A DNA stretch of 57,299 bases, filler included, from Sphacelaria rigidula (lineage: Eukaryota), in assembly GCA_964200075.2 (NCBI GenBank). It is 8 parts of 8 records of this genome, joined end to end, with 100 filler letters (N's around TTAATTAATTAA, not from the genome) between each part and the next. Parts side by side here need not be neighbours in the genome. Positions count along the whole stretch, not along the records: positions 43,051 to 50,125 come from CAXNAA020016621.1; positions 50,226 to 57,299 come from CAXNAA020016622.1; 6 more parts are not named here. The stretch is one strand, 5' to 3'. Positions 48,448 to 57,299 of this stretch are shown one piece after another. The position numbers and the translations under genes were made by a program. Numbering within the stretch: the first letter of the stretch is position 1; the number at the start of each line of letters is the position of its first letter. The notes under the pieces are model-generated. The model did not search any database and was not told the DNA's origin. It saw nothing but the letters and a program-made list of their open reading frames with translations.

Positions 48448-49861
48448 TCAAACACAATCATTAGTATCGAAGTCATTGAGTTCGACATTACCGAGTGTAA
48501 AGTCAGCCACCGCACCAGTGGTCAGGTGCCATGCCATGAGCCGCGCACGCTGCAGCACAACATGTGTTGCATGAAGGTCAGGCTTAGATTTGTGAAGACC
48601 AGAGAATCCTCCGAGATAGCAGTCCATGATGGCGTAGATGCTGTTGTATTATTGGCGTACAGGCTAACTTGTGCTTTGCTAGTTGAGATGCATAGTCCAA
48701 AACGCTGTGACCCAAAAGGGGCGGCCAGGTCAATTCAATCAAACAATGTAGTATGATCCATCAGGTACCAAGCATGACAAGGTATGACAAATGGAACCCA
48801 GGCGACTGGAACATGACCAATAAATCTGTGACATCCCCCTAGCCATATTTTTATGGCTACACACAAATTTATTGGAGGGCTGGAAGGGCCAGAACAAAAA
48901 CAAAGCCTGTGCATCATACGCCTGAAAGTAAAACGAGAAAACCCTGCTAAATTACAGTACAGGGGAAAACTCGTTGCAGATCTAATGAATAGGTCAACCC
49001 TGATGAGCAGGGGAAAACTCCATCCGTTAGGAAAGGAAAAAATCTATAACGCCCGGAATTTCTCAGCACGTCGATGCTCTGGCATATGAAAAATTCGGCA
49101 CATGCTGGTAAGATCAAGGATGCCAGTCTCTCGAGAGTTTGGTAATCACCGAGCGGGGACACACAAAGGGCACGGGCGAGGAGCCTCCTCTCTGTCGTTG
49201 CTTCTCTATCTGGTGATGTCGTCATCATCACGCGTGTACACCGCATTTCGTTGAGTGTACCTAGCCAGAGTTGCTTAACCCTTGGACCGCGGTGCCCGTA
49301 GTCTATCTGGACCACGCGTGTACTTTTTCCAAGTGAATATCGATGCCGATTCAGCAGGTGACCTACTCTCGCGGTCTGACGGTCAAGTCCTCCTGCGGAG
49401 TTCGGGGGGGTAAGGTACTCTCGCTCTGTGTTACTCTTTCGTATCTTCCCTGCAATAGAGAAATGCGACTTCAGCCCCATTTTAGTGTTGAACCCTAAAA
49501 TTCAAAATCGGCTGTTATATTTGAAATACATGGATGTGTGTTTGAACCCTTTGACCACGAGGGTAGGTCACCGGCTGAATCGGCATCGAGATTCACTCGA
49601 AACAAAGTGTGCGTGATCCAGATAGACTATTTGCACCGCGGTCTAAGGGTCAAGACCGATGCGCACGCACACACATCAATTACTGTTGCCATTATCCATC
49701 GATCAAGGGGTTGCCCCGCCTCCTGAAAGAGGATACCCCCCGCCTTCCCTCCCCTCCTACGGACTCAGCATGAGGTTTAGACGACCTTGGGGGTACGTGC
49801 CGCCATTTCCCGATGTGAAGTCCCTCAGCCCAGCGTGCAGCTGCTTGACGCTGTCTCCTGT
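48448..49861 (-). CDS. Possible 3' exons of an unknown protein
   Basis: Phase-compatible candidate exons 49861-49786, 49209-49070, 48549-48448 (...ERRLLARALCVSPLGDYQTLERLASLILPACAEFFICQSID|RARLMAWHLTTGAVADFTLGNVELNDFDTNDCV*); CAG acceptors, but weak donors (GTCGTC, GTGCTG). Confidence 0.3.
49279..49649. mobile_element. piggyBac-like MITE structure (TTAA|CCC...GGG|TCAA) with ~105-bp inverted arms
   Basis: TTAA-CCCTTGGACCGCGGTGC...GCACCGCGGTCTAAGGG-TCAA; part of the core (~49450-49520) is the reverse complement of 21360-21425. Confidence 0.75.
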
Positions 49862-50289
49862 CTGCCCAAGAAACAGCAGTTTACAACTTACAGTTTATGG
49901 CATACCAGGAAGAAAGTCGTGTACGTCTACTTGAAAACAGGCATGATAGTGGCTGGGACCAGTGCAGGACGACCTACAGTAGCGGGAATTTGCCGGGAAA
50001 CAGCTCGCGTCTCAGCGCCGGCGTGCTGCGGGCCCTTGCAAATGTAGGGCGACGGCGATAACACGAATACGGCTTATGCTCCAATACAACGTTACGCTTC
50101 CGTGCAACGACGCACATCACCATACNNNNNNNNNNNNNNNNNNNNNNNNNNNNNNNNNNNNNNNNNNNNTTAATTAATTAANNNNNNNNNNNNNNNNNNN
50201 NNNNNNNNNNNNNNNNNNNNNNNNNGTGAGATCGCAGCCGGTTTGTCGGACGGTCTCCGGTGCACTTTTGGGGGGGGGCTATCTCGGCA

Positions 50290-51760
50290 TTACTCTGGGT
50301 CAAACAGATCAAGCTTTCTTGTTGCGAGTAACACAAAACTTCGCCACAATGTTCTCAGCAACTGCTCGCTGGGAAATCGTAATCGTGCCCAAGTCGGGGT
50401 CGCGTGAAAATACCCAGCCAGCGTACGAACGAAGCTCTCCAAGGTTAGTAATGGGGATGTACTGGTTGAGGTCCCTACCGAACTGGTCACACCTGCCCTT
50501 GCGTCCGATAGCAAATATGTCATCTACATATACGATAAACATTATTGAAACCACACCATCTTCTGACAGACGCATCACACACGCATCTGCAGCACACTGT
50601 TTGAAACCCAGACCCCGCATCCCTCTCATCAAATGATTGCGCCAAGGGCGCGATGCTTGTTTGAGGTCGTCAAGTCTCCGGCCAAGCTCCACGACCTCAC
50701 CAGATAGGTCCCCGCAGCCTTGTGGCAGACGAAGGTACACCTCCTCATCCAAAGTTGATTGCGCAAACGCCCGTTCCGCGTCAAAATGGCATAGATCCAG
50801 CCCCAGCTCGCACGTGATGGCAGTTAACAAACGAGTACTCGGTACACACGGACACAGTGAAAAGGTCTCCAGAACATCTACACCTTCACACAGCGAAAAA
50901 CCTCTAACTATTTATGTAGCCTTGGCACGCACAACTTTACCGAATCCATTCGTCTTCCAAGCATACACCCACCTGGACGAGATAACGTTAGTCCCACGTT
51001 GCTACGTTCCTCCCGCCGGCATGAAAGTACCGACCGCCGCTAGTCCGACGAACTCCTTCTCTTCTGCGGCCTTCCAGATAGCGTCGTATGATCCGGAATG
51101 TGGCTGCGCGTACGTCTGCGGTGTCTCCAGCGAGCTCGAGTCCATCGGCAGTTCCCCGTCACAATAACCTCCGTCCCCCTGAGGAACAGCTTTCGCGATG
51201 TCCGCCTCAACTGCCAGCATTACAAACGATCCAGACACTCCCAGCGGCGATGCTCTTGATCTGGACCTCGTGACTGCCGGTGTCACACGGTTTTGTTGTT
51301 GTTGTAGATCGGTGCCGGCAGTCTCCGCTGTTTCCAATATCCACGGATCCATCGACCCAGTACCGCCCGGTACCCCCGTCAACTGTACCGAGTGTTCTAC
51401 CGTCACTGCTTCGTCCTGATTCTCCTCAAATTGTGGTAACTGCTCCACCGCCCCTCCTTCGTCCTCATCCCTTGCAAGCTGAACACGCCGCTGCGGTAGC
51501 CATGCTTGCTGTGAGGGCCGCTGCTGCGACGCCGGTCGCTGCAATTGTGCGGGTTGCGGTCGTTGCCTTCGCTGCTCCGCCGCCCTAGCTCTGCCCCCGG
51601 CTCCCGCTGACTGTACGCGACGCTGCAGTAGTGTCGGCTGTGGCGACGGCCGCTGTTGCGGCGACGGCCGCTGCGTCTGCTGTAGCGGTGTTCGCCGTCT
51701 TGGTTGCTCCACCGCCCCAGTTCCGTCCCCTGTTCCCACTGACTCTAGGCGACCCTGAGG
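50290..51760 (-). mobile_element. Ty1/copia RT fragment with Q/P/R-rich spacer
   Basis: TPQTYAQ...WKAAEEKEF, SSRWVYAWK, LCHFDAERAF, EEVYLRLPQG, LKQASRPW, IVYVDDIF, ISQ; contains stops and frameshifts. Confidence 0.9.
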
Positions 51761-54700
51761 TAGTGCAGCATCCATGACATCGACGTTCAACTCGCCGCCA
51801 GTGACCGAAGCCAGCGCGGAAACCGCTGTACGCAGCGTATGCCCAAACATCACACAATACGGAGTGTTACGGTAGCGTTCACGAAGAGAAGTATTTAAGG
51901 CCCACTGAGCGGCTGGAAAAACATCAACCCATTTAAACACCGGTTGTCTTTGTTCTGACAAAATGGACCGCAACGTTAGAACAACCTCTTTCACCGTGCG
52001 TTCACAAGCACCATTTGACTAAGGGGTATACGCAACAGCAAATTGGTGTTGTACCTTGAGCGCGTCGCCCAGTTGCGCGATTACTCGATTCTTGAAGTGC
52101 GTGATGGCGGTATCACTAGCCCACACACGCGGCACCCCCAAAGTCTTGCACCGATGCATCAAGTTTTTAACCGTAACCTCGGCGGTGCAAGCCTCGGTCG
52201 GCTCCAACCGAACGAAATTGGACAAATCATCCATGATAACCAAAACGTACCACAAACTATGCTTACCAGGCAAACCATTAGCACCTTCAGGTCCGCTACT
52301 TCCGACGTACAGAAAATCAAAGCGAACAACTTTACCTGGCGCAGAACCATGCACCGTATCGCCATACGGATGAGGTACAACTGCACCAGCACGAGGGTCT
52401 ACACAATGCAAACACTGGCGAACGAACTCGCGAACGTGGGAATCCATGTGAGGCCACACACAGTATCCTTTCAAACGAAACAGAGTCGGCGCCGCACCAC
52501 GGTGACCAGCCGACCGCATGTGAGCGCACACCCCCAAGCGAGTTTGTAGAGCTCCATTATCCGACGGAATCCACAAAACATCACTACTGCCAACACGCAC
52601 GCGAAAAAACCATCGTCAGCCAAGCCAGCTTGACCGAAAGTCATAGAAAAAGAATGAGAACCGTCGCCGACTGTTTTGCGCTGCGCGGTACGAATGACAT
52701 CTAACGAGGGCAGCGAATCATCGGCATCACACAGGTTGTACACGGCTACAGGGCGAAGAGGCACAGTAGGAACCTTCACCCAGCGAGACAACAAGTCTCC
52801 CCAGCAATTGCGCTCTCCAGGGATGTATTCAATGGCATACCGATGTTGGTCGAGAACTCCTTTCCAATTGTCAAGCTGTTGCGCCATGGTCCTCGTCACC
52901 GATGTGACACACTCTTCGAGGTTAAAGATGTATTTCAGATTGTGATGATCGGTGAAAATGCGAACACCACCCTAAAGCAAGTACTCTAGCCTTCGAAATG
53001 TATTGATTGTTGCGAAACCTTCTTTGTCCACTGCCGCCCACCGCAACTGTGAACCCTTGAAGCTACCACTCAGAAAAGCCAACGGTTCGTGTGACATGTT
53101 TTCGAGCGCAATGCCACTACTAAACACGGCGACAGGCACTTGCGACACACCCTGGGCGAGGAGGATAAAGCTGCACCTCTTGCGCCACCAAATCTTGCGT
53201 AGCACGCCATGCCCGCACACGATCCTCCGTCCAAACGTCCTCCGGGATGATACGATTACGCGCCACCCGCTTGGTCCGACGCGAAGCCCTCACCATAAGT
53301 GCTAAAAAACACACGTAGCGGCGCCACTACTTCCGCCATGCGCGGGAACGAAGTCCGCAACCAATTCACCCCCTGCAGAGACTGCATCAGCTAACTAGCG
53401 ATTTGAGAACGTCGTATATTGCTCAAACCTTGGACGTGGACGGAATCATGCGAAACAGTACCCTTGGAGTACACCTTACCACACCAAACCACTTCGCGGG
53501 CAAAAGAGGTGCAATTATGCGCAGCGATGAAATAGACCAAAACTCTCCAGTCGGCCAAGAATTTCGTCAAGCAAAGCTAATAATTCTTCTTCGGTTTCAG
53601 CAAAACGTAAAATGTCATCCACCCACGCTTTATAGTTTAGACCTCGCAAAATGTCAGTCAGCACACCTTGGAAATACGCCGTGGCGTTCAACACACCCTG
53701 TGGAGCACGAGTAGGCGTAAGCAAACCGTCAGGCATGACGATCGTGAACATCTCCTGAACCTCCGGCGCCAGAGGCATCTGCTAATACCTCTGTAGTAGG
53801 TCCAACGTGCCGAAGCATTGGGCTCCCGGCAACTCCCTCGTATCTTCTTGGCTTGGCCTCACCCCCCGGAGACTGTTCCACTCGAGCGTTCACCGCCTGG
53901 TAGTCGCTGACCGAACGTAATGTGTCCCGTTCCGGCACCGCCATCGCCGGACTCGCCCACACAGCCTGAATGTTCCCAACCAACAATCCAAACGCCACCA
54001 AGCTGCGATGCATGAAGCAAGCCAATCGGTCTTCACCGGATCGTAACGGCAAGGCTTGGCCTTCACAGCCTTCGCCTGTGGCTTTAGTTGCACCCTCATT
54101 GCCTCCACGCGCGCTGGCGGGTCACCACGCAGCGCACGACGAAATGTATCCACGCGACGAGCCAAAATATCACGCAGACGATATGTGCCATCGGCGCTAA
54201 GGCCCTTCTGCTCGGCCTGCTGCACGCTATCCTCTAGCACACGTTCTCTGGCACCTCTTTCCTCCGCAGGGTCCATGAACCTGTTGGGCCCCCAATCGAC
54301 CAAGCTCTCCACCACTGCATTCGCAGGAGCCTCCTCCTCATTGGCTCTCTGGAACGACCGTATGGATACGGTCACACGCCTCGCAGCAAGATAGCTGGGA
54401 TTTTCCACGCCGGTTTGCACCGGCACAGCACGCGGGCGTAACTTATCCAACGCCAGCGGATACAAATCGATACCGAGCTCCTTCATCGTCGCCATCCCAA
54501 ACAGAACCACGTTGTCTCTGCCGGGCATGACAGCGAACGTGATGGACTGCAACTCCACAGCCCCCCACGACCTACGCACGCTAACAGCAATCGGCACCGT
54601 TGTATGTGTAGCCGTCACGGGAGTACCCGTGGCGGTCTGCGCCGCTTGCGATCCAATTTCAAACGGAGTCTGCAGCTGAGCACCGCCAAACTGCGAAGAC

Positions 54701-56400
54701 ATTTGTTCCAGCAACCCCACACCGATTGACGTGAGCGCGGACCCAGAACTCAAAACAACGCGGGCCATGAATGAACCTACGGAAGCAGGCAAGGATAAAT
54801 CTGTGCGTGAACACTCTGCGTTGCGACCGACAGGCACCACATCTACCGAAGAACCCTAGTCGGTACCAAGAGTCACCTGACGCCAGGGCTGCGCTCAGTA
54901 CTCGGCATCGATGATTGAGAATCGGCAGTCCACCCAGACCATGTCACCGAATATGCAGACGACGCTGTTACAGCCGTCGCAGTAGTAGGAGATGCACCAG
55001 ACACGGATCCTGCCTGACCGAGGGGTTGCGAATTATTTACGGTCACGACGAATCATCACGGGTTCGAATCACCAAATCCACGATTTCTGCGGCTTGATTG
55101 CCCATAAGGGAGAAAAAAGCTGACCGCTGGTCCAAGGGGTATCCACGCAAGTTTTGCGCCATTCCACGTGTCTGGGCTGCGTGAGGCTTGGGGCAATTCT
55201 TAATCAGGTGTCCGTTATCGCCGCAGTTGTAACATGCGCGAGTAGACGACGCTCGCGAAGACAGCTGCTGTTTCTGTTGCTGTTGTTGTTTGCGGCGCGC
55301 ACAACCTGCACTTGCGGCAGAGTCGCGCCGGCCGTGCGCCTCAATAAACTCCCAGTGGTTGGCCACACCAAATATATTGTCGAACACCACGGTCACATTC
55401 TTCTTCCAGCCGTCTACATATGTGAGTATGCTTTTGACATACGCCTCGGATTCCGGAGGCGAAATCCCGTCAACGAAAGCTGTGGAAACCGACTCGTCCG
55501 GGCCTGGCAACCAGCTCCTGTCCTCCGCACGGCACATGGCTTGAACCGTGAAATTTTCAGCGAAAACCTTTTCCATCGATGAGGTAACCATCATCGCTCT
55601 ATCCTTGACGGATGTTCTACCGCTTTTTCTGCATTGGAAGCACTCTACGCAGGTCTGCTACGGCCCGCGCAATATGCCGCCGGTTGTGGTGTACCCGACA
55701 TGCTGCTTCACAGCATCTAGCAATTCATCGGAGGTCATAGCACGACGGTCCTCGTACATGCCTTCAAAAGCATCGATGGATGTATATAGGGATGAGTTGC
55801 CTAATGATCACCCTAGCATGCCTTACAACTCCTTGCGCATTTGCAAGGTACAAAAGCTCTATGTAGTCGAGATAAGCGACGAAAAAAACGCATGATGTTT
55901 CCTCGGTCCACACCTCGCCATGCTTTGGCGGGTCTAGCGGTTCACCTAACACCAGCGGGGCTGCCGCCGCTTGAGCCATGTCGTCCAGGATTCAAACACT
56001 TCACGGAGAGACTCTTGCCTGACTTGTGCGTCCTCCAGTCCACGGAGGGTCCTCCCCCGCTGTGCGCTTCAACTTGGTCTGCTTCCGTGCGGACCAAACT
56101 GCTTCCAGCTGCCCTCCCTATCCTCAGCCAAACTCCAACAGAGTGCCGAGAGTAATATCTGGATGTTGTAGCCTCTGCTAGACGATCTGGACTAAAGAAC
56201 TTTCAACGAGGAACTTCTCCAGTATCACTGGCCTCGTACTCGACAAGTTCTTTCTTCTAACTTGTTATTATCTCGGAGTGATCCTCAACAGGTCACAAGC
56301 CAGATAGCAAGGGGCCTCACAGAAAAGGGCGATCAATTCAGGATCCCCTGCCCCCTGCCACTGCTCCAATCATGCATACGATTATACTGAGACCCTACGG
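51760..56400 (-). mobile_element. Ty3/gypsy retrotransposon, decayed, related to the 21.5-26.3 kb element; 3' end missing
   Basis: gag with CYNCGDNGHLIKNC, protease region, RT (PQGVLNATAYFQ...AWVDDIL), RNase H (AFLSGSFKGSQLRW...FTDHHNL), integrase (HMRSAGHRG...CLHC, FDFLY, IMDDLS). Shares RRALRGDPPARVE.MRVQ.KP with the first element. Confidence 0.93.
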
Positions 56401-57227
56401 CTTGGTATCACTTGGCTACAGAGCTCATTGAGATCAGCATTCCAATGGGTAAGGGGATACCTCGAAAGGAATTTGAAACGGGTACGTCTTGACCCATTTC
56501 TTGGGTAGCTCCCGACTATAGGCGCCCCGCAATGAGAAGCATATGGGCCCAAATACGCAACCCCTGTCGTGGCAAGACTCTCGTACAAATAACGCTTACG
56601 CCACCACACGGAAACACAAGCATAAACACACATAAACGCATGGCTTCTCCGCCAGCAAACACTGCCGGAAGGGGGGGGGGACTACACCGTAAACGACCCC
56701 AGGAACAAAAGCTGCAAAAAAATACACAAAACAAGAACGGGGAAATTTTCGCGTTGCTCGGTCCTGCTCGTATATATCATGTACCGGTACCTGCTTACCG
56801 CTGCCCCATGACGCCACACATACCGCAAGTCGGAGCCATAGCACCGCCACACGTGCATGTACCGGGTGACGGCGCAGAAATGTGAGTGCGGTACAGAACA
56901 CCCCAGGTGACTAAGTTAATCAAAATCGACTGCGGATGGGAGGTCCCACCACAGTACAGTGCCGTCAAAATCACGACGTAGTCACAACTGCGACCCGCCA
57001 TACCAGTATCGGGGAATTGCACTACACCAGTACAAGGTGGGGTGCCAGCAGAGTGCGGCCACACCGGGCTGGCGATTCACCGTACTACTGCTGGAAATTC
57101 CACCGAATCTTATAAACAAACGGTTACGGCGCTGACACGATTCTCATCATCGGCGAGATCCGTATGCTTCGGGCACACGGTGCGTGTTGCCGGTCGAAAA
57201 GTCGAATAGTGAACACCTTCTCACGGT

Positions 57228-57299
57228 AGAGAGAGGGGCGTACTCATGATCATGCATGCCATAGCCATATGACCATTGACCTCGCATCCCTACAAAGCC
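57228..57299 (-). mobile_element. SINE-like family B 3' end
   Basis: Reverse complement ends CATGATCATGAGTACGCCCCTCTCTC. Confidence 0.8.

Noticed and set aside
48995-49055. Hammerhead ribozyme from CTGATGAG...GAAA
   Set aside because: No stem II closing directly onto GAAA and no stems I/III; it is a short dispersed repeat (also 43121-43173).
56403-56425. tRNA-Met primer-binding site TGGTATCA
   Set aside because: Only an 8-nt match, and on the wrong strand for the adjacent gypsy element.

Overview
Eukaryotic, intron-rich and repeat-rich DNA. The gene style and transposon families suggest a stramenopile, probably a brown alga (inference). This is not one locus: seven identical 100-nt spacers (N-run/TTAATTAATTAA/N-run) recur every 7175 nt, so the window is eight contigs of 7075 nt (the last 7074 nt) concatenated by length, and adjacency across spacers is meaningless. 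Four partial host genes were reconstructed by hand from GT-AG exons, all on the minus strand: an ankyrin-repeat protein (8.4-11.8 kb), the C-terminal part of a KAP-family P-loop NTPase of Kidins220/NKPD1 type (16.6-19.9 kb, not visible in the ORF track), a MAP3K/STE11-like kinase (32.7-35.6 kb) and a PP2A B''-like EF-hand subunit (38.1-41.7 kb). The rest is decayed mobile DNA: two related Ty3/gypsy elements, a third gypsy relic, two copia relics, an APE-type LINE plus a ~550-bp SINE-like partner sharing its 3' end (both ending ATGAGTA next to C-rich tracts), tRNA-derived SINEs, a (CAAT)n-tailed retroposon, several MITE/foldback elements and tandem repeats. The best leads are the spliced KAP NTPase and the LINE/SINE pair with C-rich ends and a ~101-bp target-site duplication.
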